Positions 1 to 13,344 are shown, numbered from the whole stretch's first letter. The stretch: 63,990 bases of DNA, filler included, from Choristocarpus tenellus KU-1152 (GCA_964200185.2; 8 parts of 8 records of this genome joined end to end with filler, not necessarily neighbours in it); one strand, 5' to 3'. Numbers and translations are program-made. The notes: generated by a model not told the origin, from the sequence alone.

Positions 1-68
1 AAAAAGGGGGTTTTGGGCCGAAATGGACGCCCCCTCACAAACCCTCCCCCCTCAAGATACTTTGACCC
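1..68. mobile_element. Right end of poly-G/C (family B) Sola2-like MITE
   Basis: Ends ...ccccc-tcaagatactttgaccc with the subterminal gaaatggac motif, matching the TIR of the other family B copies. Confidence 0.7.
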
Positions 69-945
69 ATGCTAAGGACCCCGAGAAAGGGCTAAAAACG
101 CAACTTTGTACAATTGCAGAAAGAGCCTTTGCTTGATTGTGGTGCCACTTTGTGTGTGGAAGGAGGGATATCAATTTTGCACACACTATTGTGCACACAA
201 ATCAATGCAATATAGTGTACTGTACAGGATACGAGAGATGGCTTAGGATGCAAAAGGGACCAAACCTGCCTACATATCACATTGGTTTAGATCACTACAG
301 GGTGCGATGATATGGTGAGAAGGTAATTTGGGGTGGGCTGTGCAGGGGGAGAGAGAGGAGGAGAAGCTCCGCCTGTTAGTACCCACCACTCCAGCAGCCC
401 CAGGAGGAAAGAAGCAGTGGTGTGTGTGCCTCTGGCTAAATCTGTGGAGGCTCTACTAGGGCAAAAGGGTGATCAGGATACTTCAGCAGCAGAAGGGGGA
501 TGGACACAGGGGAGTCTCTGTGGTCTGTTCCTGGGGAAAAGAAGAGAAGTTCCACCTGCTAGCAGACACTGTGCCTGAGTAGAAGGATTGGGGTGCACCG
601 AGGGAGAGGATCTGTGCTTGCCTATGCAATTTAATTTTCGAGCAAAAAATGTGCATGTACATAGCTTTGAGGTTTGTAAGCAACCATGGCGTATAAGAGT
701 GGGACACAATAATCTGGCAAATATATTGTGCCTCTGAAATGGAGCAGATTGTCATGTAGGAAAAACAAGAAGTACGAAGGGGAGAAGCCGACAAAACAAA
801 ATTGTACAACAGAGGCTGGAGAAAGAGAAAATTTAAAGAATACGGCAAAATAACCTCAGAAAGGACTGCTTATTATTATATCAGATACAGGAACTTGTAT
901 GTAAAACAATGGGTGAGAAAAAACAACAAAAAACACTCCAAAAAC

Positions 946-1160
946 TGTCTGACACCGTGCGAGAATCAAGGGAAGAACCATGTATGTGAAGGATATTTAA
1001 GCCCTCTCCTAACCAATCGACCTAGAGTCTCCGGCTTAAACCCTGCGAAACTCTTGTGGATTGGATATGACCACTTACTTGAGTGGTGGCTGAAATAATC
1101 CGGCTCAACTGGGATGTTACAGCTCCCCTTCTCAAACCTCCACCCCCCTACTTCCTACAT
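946..1160 (-). mobile_element. Possible 3' LTR (946-1120) with polypurine tract
   Basis: On the - strand a purine-rich tract (gggggtggaggtttgagaaggggagc) directly precedes TGTAACA at 1120, and the segment ends ...cagaCA at 946. No partner LTR is seen. Confidence 0.3.
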
Positions 1161-1634
1161 TTTGCTTCGCTAGGTCATCTAGAAATAGGTCTGCTTGTGT
1201 GGCAAGATGACCATTTCCACCGGGAGATTTTGAGGTTTGAGGTTAAAATTGCGAGGTTCAAAAGATCTCGTCCAGTAGTGGTTGTGGTTATAGGTCCCCC
1301 CTGCCTGCAACTACAGCGGCGCTGTTATTATTTCTTGAGTAGTTGTGGAGATGGCAGCCCACTTGTACTTCAGTGAAGACCACATCCAGGAATGCTTTCT
1401 TTTCTCTGTGTGGAGGGGTAGGAGATACTTCTTGCATGGAAGGTACACTTATCGACACTACTCTTTTGTAGCACAACTCAAGTATTATCCATCTTTTATC
1501 AAACCACAAACATTCCTGTATTGAACATACGCGCAGACGTCCTTCAAAAATGAAAATGAATTCCTACTCCAAATCAGAGTATCATCGCCCACAAGAAGAG
1601 GATAGCCAATAGACCAGTGAAGCACAAGCAAGGG

Positions 1635-3929
1635 ATGTCTACCACTGCGGTATCAATCGCCCGTAGAGGATTGGGGCTAGTTTCGGGTCGCTACGTCACA
1701 CGTGGCATCCCAGCAACGGCACTCCGCTTTAGCCAACCAAGCCAAGTCCAGGGTCGCACAGATGGTTCGGTGATACCACAAACTGTGTCATTCAGACCTG
1801 GAGCATGGTTGACTGGCCTTGGGGGGGGGGGGTGTTCGAGGTTTATGTCTACTGCTTCAGGAGGGACAGGAGGGGGAGATAAGGAAGATGAGTCCGACGA
1901 CGACTTCAAGCCACAACGCAAGGCTGTGTCATCACAGCCCGATGAGGTCTCGGCACTCCTCAAGAAGCAGGTTTGTGCGTATCATGTCTGTGCTGCCTGA
2001 TATTGGACTGGATAAGTTGCTTTGATCTATCCTTGTCAGCACTTTGTCCAGTATCAATATGCCGCACACTGTCTTGTCTATGCTTCAGTGGGGGTAGGTG
2101 ACTGTTTCTGGTATCAGAGGCTGACCCATATAGTATGGCATTGTTGAAACCTGAAATTGCAATCTTGTCTTGAATTTAGCCTTTTGATCCTACCATCACA
2201 CATCTCATCAAGCTCTGCCCAAAACCGCTGGTGGCGTTGGTTCAAAGGAGCAGGTACAACGCCAGCCCCTTTCCCCTCCCCCTGCTTAGAATCCCTTCTC
2301 CATGAAGAAAGAGTAGAAAGTAGAAGCATCCTGGACACATACACTACTGATCCCACTCGTACTCTAGTAAAGAGAAATTTGGGTATACAGGAAATGATGA
2401 TTATGGCAATGCAACTACTAAAGTGATAACCGATCAAATCTTGTCACGATCACCTAAGTCCCACACCCGACATATGTTCTTGAGATATGTAATGAATATG
2501 GTGAAAACACCAAGAGAAAACGAGTTGGAAGTTGCTCTGTGCTCTTTATCGTATCGTCTCCCTTGCCCGGCCCGCCCGTCCATGATTATTGTGCCTAACC
2601 TGGCCTGACCCAACTGCAGGTGACGGACAACAAGGTCATGCTGTACATGAAGGGAACACCCTCGGAGCCAAAATGTGGTTTCAGCGCGCAAGTAGTTCGC
2701 ATACTTCACTTGGAAGGTGTGACAAGACAGTTGTTGCTCCAGCCTAAATTGATGGCTAGAGATTTTTTTGTTCTACTTTCCCTATGTGTTTGGGCAGATT
2801 TTAAGGCAAGTTCAGTGTGGACCAAGTTGAATCATCCCTCCAATTCAATACACATAAACTTACTTGAACATCCACGCTTCCAACTACTCTTGCCCACCAG
2901 GTGTGAGCTTCAGCAGTGTCAATGTTTTGGACTACCCCGCAATCAGAGAGGGCATCAAGCAGTTCTCGTGAGTGCCCCATTTCGACACACCCCTCACCAT
3001 TTCCAACAGTTCAAGAATTGTTGTTGTAGCAGTTAGAGCTCTATATTGTTGCTACCACCATGGTTGTGGACCAAATTATACCGTTTGTGATAATTTTTTT
3101 TCGGCAGTCAGGTGATGATAGTTCTGCAATCCCCCTCGACTTCACAGTGACAAAAGCAGACAACAGACAACACTGAATTATAAATGTTTGGAGTATGTAC
3201 CAGGCTTGTTTGCCAGACTGATATATGCAGGAATCAAGCTGATCTAACATTTCCGTTATTTCGCCCTCTTGCAATTGGCGAGATGGAGACTGGAACAACT
3301 GATTGTGATTTGTGTGAGAGCATTCTGTAATCTATAAGGCACCACCATGGTGTAGATGCTGATAGCTTGTCCAGAGATATTAATGTGGTTGCCATTTCAA
3401 TAATATGGATAAATCTGTACTAAATGTGACTTCTATAGTCAAGTTCCATTTTGTGACCACAATGGGAAAGCATGACATATAATATGCAGTGTTTGATTGG
3501 GCAGTGAAGTGGTTTGTTCTACACACAAACACTTGTTGAGGTATTTTAATTGATGTTTTATTCAGCCCAATATTTGAAAATGACCCTTCTTACACTTTTG
3601 TTTAAGAGTCTTAACGTTTTTTTCTTTTAGTCTGTGAAAGGTTCCTTTTACCGTAACACTCCATAACAAGAATCATGTCAGCCCGCTTTTCTATTCCCGG
3701 GGTGAAGCTTATTGTCGTTGCTGACTTCCTTATCCTCCTACCCCCCCTCCGGCCTTTTGCTCTTACCCTGTCGATTTGGGTGTTTGTGTGACCAATCAAA
3801 AGGGAGTGGCCAACCATTCCGCAGGTCTTTGTCAATGGGGAGTTTGTTGGGGGCTGTGACATCCTGTCACAGTTGCACCAGTCGGGAGAATTGACCACCA
3901 TGTTCAAGGAAGCAAAACTTGAAGATTGA
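1635..3929 (+). CDS. GLRX5: Mitochondrial monothiol (CGFS) glutaredoxin, Grx5/GLRX5-type; 4 exons
   Basis: Exons 1635-1970, 2620-2716, 2901-2967 and 3803-3929 join in frame through GT-AG introns. Protein: R/S-rich transit-like N-terminus, then [21 protein letters not shown]...[29 protein letters not shown]. Confidence 0.95.
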
Positions 3930-4729
3930 GTCTTGCTTGTAGCCCCGAAACTGTTCCAGAACTTTTTGATATGTATTTCTTTTTTCTGAAGTGTGCTAAG
4001 AGGTTCGTGGGGGGGGGAGGGGGGAGATTATATGTGTTTGTGTCTATGGAGATAAATGTTGTTTGGGGGATAGATCAATCTTGAGTCAATGCTCATGCAG
4101 TACTCGCAATATTTGTTCACCTAATTTTGGAATGAGAAGGATGGAAGGTTGGAGTTGTGATTGCATGCCGAGCATGCCCAATCTGTTGAGGTAGTTTGGT
4201 AGTGTTGTGAATCGAATGTATTTTGGAGTAACGGTTAATATTTGACTTGATTTTTTATTTTATTTGCTCCATTATTTTCAAATCATATGTTAAGTGCTGA
4301 GTGCCACAGGACTTCAAGTAGCAGAGAGATACGTAAGGAAGTAACTAAACAAAACCTTTCCCCCGTCATCAGTTTCGAGTTTATCCCGATACAGTCGAGT
4401 CGCAGCTATTCAACTTTGATGGTTCACACCACTAGGTTTGGTGAGTATTGGACAGGCAAGTTTTTTTTTGTTTCAGGCTGCACCGTTGTCTTTTTTTCCT
4501 CTGCATGTTCCTCTGCATGTGCAACTCCCCTTTACATCATTGCATATATTTCGTGTCCCCATGGTATGTGTGCAAGAGGGGGGTTGGAAATATAGCTACA
4601 AAAAGGCATGCTGATATTCTTTTTGCCATCCTTTTGATGGCTTGTCCCAGACCCTCCTTTGCACCACCTTGCAAGTTCAGGCCCAGAACAGTGTGTTGGG
4701 GGGGTATCTTTAGCGCTCTAGATTGGGAT

Positions 4730-5007
4730 ACGAGTTGTGATTTGGGTTTTTTGCATATCTGAAGAGCAGGGTTTGGGCAGAGCATTATGGCACTATTGAT
4801 GAACTTGTAGAGGGGATTTCAATCATGTTCCACACATATGATGCAGACACACTTGAGAGGGTGTGGCAGAATCTGTTCAAGAGGTACAACCAGGTGTTAA
4901 GGGCATTGGGGAGGAACGATTTTGAGGTAGAGCACACCAGGACCAATAAAGGACAGCAGAAGGGGGGGTGGGCTAGATCAGTGGCCTCCATGTTGGCCCT
5001 GTATTGA
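4730..5007 (+). mobile_element. Tc1/mariner (plant/oomycete DD39D-like) transposase C-terminal remnant
   Basis: Reads CDLGF(F)..KSRVW....TIDELVEGI..MF..YD..TLERVWQNLF......L...GRNDFEVEH, homologous to the C-terminus of the 24244-24813 transposase. Confidence 0.75.
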
Positions 5008-7860
5008 TGGGTTGATAGTGTTGAATAAAGGTGAGACATTTTTTTTATTATAAAATATTCCGAGGAATCCACAACCCAAAGGTCCGTTTTGTAATTGGAG
5101 ATCATCATGAAGAGCTCCAACATTAACGGCCCAGACTTATGGGACAGAGGGAGTGCAAGGTTTACGTGTGACACCATTTTAAATGTTCACTCTCAACATA
5201 GCATCCTTTGGGTTTCGGCCTGGCAAGAGGAATCACAATAATCAGATTTTTTCCCTCAAAAGGCCGTATATGAATACACAAAAGTATATATATATATATA
5301 TATATATATTTTTTTTCCCTATCAAAGACTCCTTTTGAAGCTCCTTTCCATCTAAACTCTTGAATGTATTCACTGAACTGCAAAGATACAGTGTTGTGTA
5401 GCTCACCAGATATGATCTCAAGTATGCAAGAGCGCGACTAGGGCATCGTTTTTCTGGAGTCAGGAGAACCCAACTGGGTAATGTAGTTCCGCTAAGTACC
5501 TGGGGACCTTGTAGGGGGGGGTGGGGAGACTTATCCTTATCAAGCAATGTTAAGTCAGAGTAAACGAGAGGTACTTGTTCTAAACGTCATTAAATATATA
5601 TATTGATCCATGCACGAAACGATTTTCCTGTTACATGTTGAAGAAATGTTGTAACACTCAACACACTAATGTTGCGACAATCAATAGAATACTATGTTAA
5701 CGTTCTCTTTCTTTAAGAATTGATGAGTAGAAGTAGGGATATGCCGATATATGTGTCACACATTGATCAAGTAATGAATCCGCAATAGGTCACCCAGCTT
5801 TTGTTCAGCTACAGCACTGGAGAAGTACACTCACACAGATATATTGATATGAACTATTTTTCTGTATCTACAAGAAAAAAAAAATGCACCATGTTCCTGT
5901 TGAACAAAAAGTGCTCGAGTCTTAGTCCAATGAAAGTTGTGCCTGTTTCTGGTCACTGACAGAACTTTTTGAGCGCATCAGGCATGCAACATGAAGGTGC
6001 GTCAAACAGGGGTGTAAATAATCCAGCACATGAAGGTTGCGACAAGTAGAGAACTCATCCAATAGCCCTATAAAATAAAATAATCCAATAGAGGAGTCCC
6101 CCTCTCCTCCCTTGTATGGTATCTCTGATATTTCATTGCGTTAGCAATGGAAGAATGCAGACATACGTGTTAGGTTAAGTGCATTGGGCTTGTCTAACTG
6201 TTTGGGAACAGATTGTTGTCAAGAGTAAAATAGGAGTTGATAACTTGGGTGGTTCCATAACATCATAACATTGCAGTTTGAAGAAATTGGAAGAGTGTGT
6301 ATGCCTCAATCCATTTCTTTCAAAATAAATGCTTTGTGAAAAAACAAGCCCGATAAACTTTTAATAAACACAACGCCATGCAAAAACTGTACTGCTTCAA
6401 GGACTCAATCGACAACACATCTCTACTCATGTTCCCTGTGAGCCCTACTGAGCACCAAGAGCCAAAGCCCTGGTCTGTGAATGTAAACCGTGATGGTACG
6501 GGTCATTGATTTATTTCAAATTATAATTTCTTAAAAAATGAGGTCATGCTTCACCTCGCCTCCTCACTATACTACAAGAGTGATGGACGACTCAGTTACT
6601 CTTTCTGCGATAGTTCACTCTCTGCAACTACCACTGTTCACCATGACAGCGCATTACAGAGGTACCCCACTGCATACTCTACACTATACACTGTATATAT
6701 ATCTTTTTATCGTTAAAAAGTACATATTGTGGACACAACCCAACAGAGGAGAGCAACACAGCAATGATAAAAATGATTGTAGTGATCAGATTGAGGGGGC
6801 ATGAGATGCTGCCAGGCAAAAACGGATTGATCCTATTGAGCCAGCTAAGTGTGATCAACAGGTCACGTATCATCGGTACATACATGACGTGATTCGTGCA
6901 AAGACTGTTACACGCCCATTCTTTGCATGACCCCTACTAAACTGCTGCAATGAAAAGACATGGGAATGTGCTTGTGCGTGGCTCTCATTTGGGTACTGAC
7001 CCTCTGCGGGGAACAAACCACCCACTTTGCCACAGAGTGTTTCTACAGGTATAAAAGCGATCTAACAAATGTCTACAGGTTTCAAGCCTTTTCCATGTAT
7101 CTGCAAAGTTCAGCGGGGCAGTGACATCAGGACAGCAAGGATGAGAAGAAAGGGGTTAAATCATTTGCTTAGGTCAAGGATAGATGTAGGGAGACCAGAG
7201 GGCGACAACACATCCATGGCATAGGCTCAACCTCCCCAACATGTTGTCACATTCCTGTCAACCCTATGATCAACTTGCTAACGTTATACTTCAAAGTGTT
7301 CTTTCGATATCTATTGTCTCATTCAGATTGGCAAGAAGAGCAACAACAAGTGAGATGTAAACCACTAGCAGATTGAAGCTACAAACAGAAGGCCACTTCA
7401 ATTCGTTGAGGTAGAGAGGGGGGTTGGTGGGGAACTATTTTTTATCTAGCTGTTGCGGGAAGGACTGAAAACTCTTTTAGTTCAGTACGATCTTGATAAA
7501 CAAAGCGTAATTGCCCTTTTTTGTTTGAGTCTTGATATTGACTTTCCCCTGCCTGTAATACCATCACACAAAAAAAAAACTTTTGTCTCGCTACTATGAC
7601 AGGCAGAAGGATGTAAAGCCCATGCATACACACCGCAGGCAATGACAAAAGGAATACATCTCATCCTCTCAGGACAAAAAAAATGAAGTGTTGAAACAAG
7701 TTCCTGAGCCATTTGGTCCAGTTTCTGAACAACCAAACTTGCCTTGATTATCAAAGTGTCCATGAAATACAGTTACAAATGCGCACAACTGATGCCAACA
7801 TTGACAAGGTACGAAAGGAAAGATAGCAAATGCGCGGAAATATATGTTCTATTTCTGGGC

Positions 7861-9576
7861 TCAATGCGACCAATAGTCCACTTTTCTTGGAGTGAATAAC
7901 GTTATTTGTGTCTTTTCACTGTCACCTACTTGAAAGCGAACAGACAAGAAGGGAATGCTCACCCTATCCACCCAGGGAAAAAAAGGAGAATCATTGCAAA
8001 AAAATATGGTCAACTGTCCATCCAACAACTTAATACCCTCAGCACAATACCTGTGTAGAAAATTGAAAGTCTCCCCACATGCCCCTCCAAGAGACCGTAC
8101 GAGCACAGGGCAGATGCTCAGTTTGGGTAAAGGAAGCTGGGGCACATTTCCAGCCTTGGGGAGAGCAGACCACCGCCACCGGTTGCGGAACCCTGCCACT
8201 CTTAGTAGTGTTGCTTGCACGCGTGCTCTTCCATCGGCTATATCGTGCGACGTATCCTCCCCCTGTTGTTCGAGTTCCGCTGAGGTAATAAAATTCTTTA
8301 TCTCATGTGTGTCTTCCTCCGTCGTTTCGAAGTTCTCCACCAGTGAATCACACTCCTCTCGTTTGGGTAGATTGAGTAGATGAAACCTTTGGACCCATCG
8401 ACTTGCTGAAATCGGATCTACTCCCTTTCTCGACCTACAATCTTCTGCCTGGTCTGCTCCGGCCCAAAGCAATTCACGTACCACCTCATGGTGACCATAC
8501 CTGGCTGCCAGTAGCCAAGGGGTGAAGCCTGCCCTTTGTTCTCGCATATCTGCCCCAGCCATCAGCAGTTCCCGTACAACCTCTCCGTGCCCGTGTCTAC
8601 AAGCGAGGAACAATGGATTGAGGCCTACATTACTTTCCATTCGATAGTCAGCACCAGCCGCCAACAATTCCCTAACAGCACCGGCTTGTCCATTACCAGA
8701 GGCGAAGGCAAGGGGGGTTAGGCCAGCCTTTGTCCTCCGTTCATGGTCTGCTCCAGCCTTCAGTAGCACCTTTACCACATCCACCTTTCCGTTGAGGGAA
8801 GCTAGATGTAGTGGAGTATCTTCCTCATTCGCCAGCGCTCCATGATCTGCACCAGAATTGAGCAGGGCGCGCACCACCTCAGTGTGCCCATGGTTGCAAG
8901 ATAGATGGAGTGCGGTCGCTCCATCCCTTGTCACACTTCCATGGTCTGCCCCTGCTTCCAGCAGTGCCCTCACCACCTCTTCTCGTCCATCTTGAGCAGC
9001 GACATGGAGAGGGGTAAACCTCTCTTTTGAATGCTTCCCATATTCAACTCCGGCCCTAAGCAATTCCAGGACGACATGCACATGGCCATTCTTGGCACTA
9101 CAGTGCAGAGGGGTGAAACCGTCCTCCATTGCCACTCCCGGATCTTCCCCACACGCTAAAAGTTCCATTAGAGCCCCCAAATGCCCGTTTTGAGCAGCAA
9201 GGTGAACGGGCCGAAATCCCCTTGCCCCACACACTCCATAGTCAGCTCCAGCTGCTACCAGATCTCGAACTATTCTCACTTCCCCTACTTCTGCAGCTAA
9301 ATGAACGGGAGTGAAGCCATCCCACGTCAACAATCCAGGATTTGCTCCTACACGAAGTAGTTTACGTACCACATGGACACGCCTGTGTTGCGAAGCGACA
9401 TGAAGAGGGGTATAGCCCCCCACTGCTCGTACCTCTGGGTCTGTTCCTTCCTCAAGGAGTTTGATGACCTGATCAATCTGGCCATTTCCAGCCGCAATAT
9501 GAAGGGGGTTGATGCCATCCTCTGTCCCCTCTCCAGCACCAGAGTATTGTCCTTGCAATGGCCTTCGCATCGCCAT
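7861..9576 (-). CDS. Ankyrin-repeat protein (about 11 repeats)
   Basis: 571-aa ORF with 11 TPLHxAA-type repeats (NPLHIAA to TPWLLAA). The true 3' end may splice at a cag|gtattg donor after 8051. Confidence 0.9.
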   Translation of the reverse strand: MAMRRPLQGQYSGAGEGTEDGINPLHIAAGNGQIDQVIKLLEEGTDPEVRAVGGYTPLHVASQHRRVHVVRKLLRVGANPGLLTWDGFTPVHLAAEVGEVRIVRDLVAAGADYGVCGARGFRPVHLAAQNGHLGALMELLACGEDPGVAMEDGFTPLHCSAKNGHVHVVLELLRAGVEYGKHSKERFTPLHVAAQDGREEVVRALLEAGADHGSVTRDGATALHLSCNHGHTEVVRALLNSGADHGALANEEDTPLHLASLNGKVDVVKVLLKAGADHERRTKAGLTPLAFASGNGQAGAVRELLAAGADYRMESNVGLNPLFLACRHGHGEVVRELLMAGADMREQRAGFTPWLLAARYGHHEVVRELLWAGADQAEDCRSRKGVDPISASRWVQRFHLLNLPKREECDSLVENFETTEEDTHEIKNFITSAELEQQGEDTSHDIADGRARVQATLLRVAGFRNRWRWSALPKAGNVPQLPLPKLSICPVLVRSLGGACGETFNFLHRYCAEGIKLLDGQLTIFFCNDSPFFPWVDRVSIPFLSVRFQVGDSEKTQITLFTPRKVDYWSH

Positions 9577-10270
9577 CTCCTTTGGAGGAGGACTTCCTCA
9601 AGATGATTACTCTCCTTAACCCACCTAATATATCTTTGCCACCAGTTGCATCGAGACTACACCAACCTTGTATTCTTGCAAAGGCATGTGGAACTGAGAA
9701 TGAAAAGGTAAGAAATACTTCATTGTACTCTAACTTTGAAATAGAATTTTTCATCTCTAGAAACACAAAACTCTCCATACTATCAATTCTCAATTTTTTT
9801 CTCAACGCCAGAAGAACTTGTTTGAAAGATACATGCGTCACCTTATTGGTGGAGGAATTAGACTCTAACTGTCAAAACAAAATCCACGTTCCTCCTCAAA
9901 TTTCAATCACCAATAATTTCAAAAGTTCGTCCAAGTGATCTGGATCTTCTTATGATACTCCCTTCATTGATTATCTTTCAACTCTGCCATCATTTTTTTG
10001 TTACGTCTTACACTAAAGACAACAGAAGTTCAACGTACACTAGAAGTATTGTACTTGTTTAATCAACACGAATATAGAGTGGGTTAACTTAATGATGGAG
10101 GATGATATAGAAATTATGTGTATTGTAACACATCGACAGAATGAAATTCACTATCAGAAAGTCTTCTGTATCACCCTCTGTTCTGCCTCCATATAGTGTT
10201 TTGTTTTCCTCGCGAATTCGAGATTATTTGCATTCCACCCATTCCCCTCCTCCCCATTATATCACCACTT

Positions 10271-10379
10271 TTGACCAACCAGTGTGAACCCCTTCGTCAC
10301 TGATTCCCAGTCACCTCCCCCCCCTCCGATGACCAACCAAGGTAAAACCCTTTCACAATTGATTTCCAGCCACCGCCCC
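10271..10379. repeat. Imperfect ~59-bp tandem repeat abutting a gap
   Basis: tgaccaacca..gt.aaacccc/ttt....a.tgatt.ccag.cacc occurs twice. Confidence 0.5.
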
Positions 10380-10479
10380 NNNNNNNNNNNNNNNNNNNNN
10401 NNNNNNNNNNNNNNNNNNNNNNNTTAATTAATTAANNNNNNNNNNNNNNNNNNNNNNNNNNNNNNNNNNNNNNNNNNNN

Positions 10480-10533
10480 CCCCACAAATGGACAAACAGG
10501 GAAAAATTCGTACCCTCTAAGATAGTTTCACTC
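10480..10533. mobile_element. Right end of family A Sola2-like MITE (cut by gap)
   Basis: caaatggacaaacaggg...taccctctaagatagtttcactc. Confidence 0.85.
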
Positions 10534-10687
10534 AGGTATTTTGTACCCTCCTCCGCATCTTCCCTCAACACGAGGTCCCTTTTCACCTGTGGATTTATGG
10601 GGTTGCATTAATGTGCGCGATCAGGGCATTTACTGTGAGGTGACTTGCTACGAACTCAAATGCAGTGGACAGGTGAGATGATGAACG

Positions 10688-13344
10688 TCACACTCTGTTG
10701 AGTACATCTTCGTTCAGGAGGTATTTTTTCTTTGGAGGAGCCTCTTCTGAAGACCCTGCTGAGGAGTCATTGGCGTAGGGGTCGATCCCGTGCTCGTCTT
10801 TCCTCTCGAGGTGGTTCATGACCTTCACGGTGATCTCCAGGACAGCCGTCTTGGTGAGGACATTCTTGGTGTGCATTCTTCTTATGTATGCCAATTGGAT
10901 CTTCCACGGCTGCGATGCTCACCCCTCCTTGGCCTGGGCGGCAGATGCAGGGTCTGGATCACCGTCTCCTGGTCTTTTCTTCTTGCCCTTTCCTCGCGTC
11001 CTCTTCTTCTTTCCTCTGTCCTGGTCGGCCGGGGGTCGTTTGTTCCGGACGCCCCTTAGAGTGTGGGAGAACTGTCATGGAGAAGCGCATGGGTAGTGGA
11101 ATGGCAAGTCACACGCATAACACGGGTGTCTGCCTCGCGAGGCATGCACTTGACGGTAAACATTGCGGCTGTTGCAGGATCAGCAGGGGGGTATTTGTAT
11201 ATACATCCATACGTTGGTTGAATCGTCACAGTCAAATATTGACTTACCCATTCCTCTGGAAATGTCTCCGTCCTGACAACATACGTCAATGAGAGTGCGT
11301 TAGTAGGCAATGTTTTGGCTGCCTGCTCTGAGAAGACGTGCGCAGCCACTTTGACAATGTCACGCCAGCGATGGCCTTGGGGGTCTCCCCTCTGAGGATG
11401 GCTAGTCTGGCTCCAGCGAGGACATCAGTGCACATTCTTGCGAAGTACTCCTCCTTGACCTCGTCTGTGAGCTACATGTACATCAAATATGCGATGGTGT
11501 ATCGTTGGGAACCCGGTAAAGAACGAGCTTTGAGGATGCGAAGGATTTAGGGTTAACAGTGAATCGATCAGAGAAAGGTTACCAGGGGATGTGCGTAGCG
11601 CAGCAGAACCCTACAGACTTAGGGTTCTTTGGAAACTGATGGCCTTTACCGTTCGATATAACACATCAAATTCCTTCATTCCTGTCTGTTCTATGTCAAG
11701 TGTGGCGTCGTGTGGGGACAACTTAGTTGGGAATGTTTAACCCACCTTCAACCTGTAGACGTGTGTGAACCCCTCGCTATTCTAGAGGGATTCGATGGCA
11801 GCATCCGGGTTAGCGTACCACAGCACAGTGAACATGTGGACCGCTCTAAATTCGAATTTGTCCTAGTCGAGTGCGTGTTGGGTGTGCAGAGGATAAGGTC
11901 ACATGATCAGGACAGAAGAACGTGGGAATGGGAGTGAGTCTGTTAGTTAATGGCGTATGTCATAATGGCCGATTGCGAGACACATGTATAAAACGTCAAT
12001 TCAAGCTCAGTATGCGAAGGCAGGGGTTACTACAGTGTTGTTGGATCGTTAGTGATGGGGTATTGGATGTACAAATGTGGGGATGGCTGCACCACGCTTA
12101 CACTGGAGCCGTCGCGTTTCTTGTGCTCTCTCCACACACCGAGAAGGATCTCCTCCAGTTCTTTTGTCTCTGGTGGAATATAGTGAGGGGAAGAAAGAGA
12201 TCGGGTTAGATGGATCACCGACGCGGAATTAATATGGATGTGGGCGACGAAATGTAGGCGATGCTTCACAATCGTTCACGAATCGTTTCCTGGGGAAGGA
12301 GTCGTGAGAACCTCACCTTCTCCTGCGCATATATGCACAAGGGTGGCGATCGAATTGTAGAACTAGGCGGAGGTTTGGTCGCTGAGTCTACTCATCCCGG
12401 CTTCCATGTGTGTGTGCTCCCACGCTTCTTTGAGGAATGCCTTTATCTTGGCAGCAACCCTCCTCTTAATAGCCGTCTGTAACGTGGCATCGGCACTCCG
12501 GAAGTCTATGTCTCCCAGACAGTATTGGTTGCATCTGGTGACCAATATTGTCATGCGCGTGCGATGATCAGAGTCCTCTTCCGTTTCCGGACGTAGGGGT
12601 GGGACCTGTCGCAACTGAAGTCGCACCTATACTTCAGGATAACGGCAACCCAAGACACCATCCAATGGAATATGTCGAGAATGTAGGGCACATGCGACCT
12701 ACTGGCCGCCACACTCTCTCCTATCGAGATGGATTCAGCCTTTTCGTGGCTACAGTGTGGATAGATCTTCCACATGAACCTCCTGTGATCGCCGATCTGG
12801 AGGTTTGCTCTGATGTCCAAGGCCCATCGCGTTGTGACGTGGGCTGAGAAGTTGATGCCACATGGGACATTGTCTTCCTTCGCCACGCATTCGATTGCCT
12901 TCAGGAGGATTATGTGGTGTTGTCCATTCAGAAAAAATAAGAGGTAATCGTTGTCGTCTTTATCCCTATCGTCGCCATCCTCATTTACCTCCAGGTTGCC
13001 GTTGGTGATGTAGTGTGCGAGCAGGTCACCGTCGGGCACATCAGAGGGTATCTTTGCCCTGTGCATGTTGGCCTTGAACTTACTGATGGTTGTCCATCTC
13101 GAGCACAAAGAGAAAGGCTGTCCACTCAAGATCCCCTCGAGCTTATCAGAGGCGACCTGTGGGTCCGGCCCCAGCTTCGAGAACATTGACTCCGCTCTAT
13201 CCTTGTCAAGGAGGTTGGAGTTGTACCTCTGGGACAAGAAGGCAGATGTGGCCAGGTCCATTGTACGTGTCGCATTGAGGTTTGACGTGATCAACATCTG
13301 TCGTCTTTTCGTCTTCAGGATTCCTTGGGCCTCCGGCTGACTGC
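10688..13344 (-). pseudogene. Degraded multi-exon gene with ParB/Sulfiredoxin-like (DGQHR-type) domain, probably TE-borne
   Basis: Approximate exons 13344-12101, 11863-11746, 11472-11248 and 11055-10688, with GT/AG signals, in-frame stops and a frameshift near 12600. Motifs LLDKDRAESMF, YLLFFLNGQHHIILL (12914-12928) and MWKIY..CSHEKAESISIGES. K/R-rich NLS-like tract in the last exon. Confidence 0.55.
11627..11700 (-). repeat. 74-bp module, inverted copy of 13670-13743 and 13902-14241
   Basis: Its reverse complement differs at 7 of 74 positions from the MITE-excised copy at 13902-13956 + 14223-14241. Confidence 0.9.

Noticed and set aside
10380-10479. N-runs with a central TTAATTAATTAA (also near 22504, 26476, 33495, 50133, 54158, 61343)
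   Set aside because: Identical scaffolding linker inside gaps; an assembly artefact. Adjacency across gaps is uncertain.
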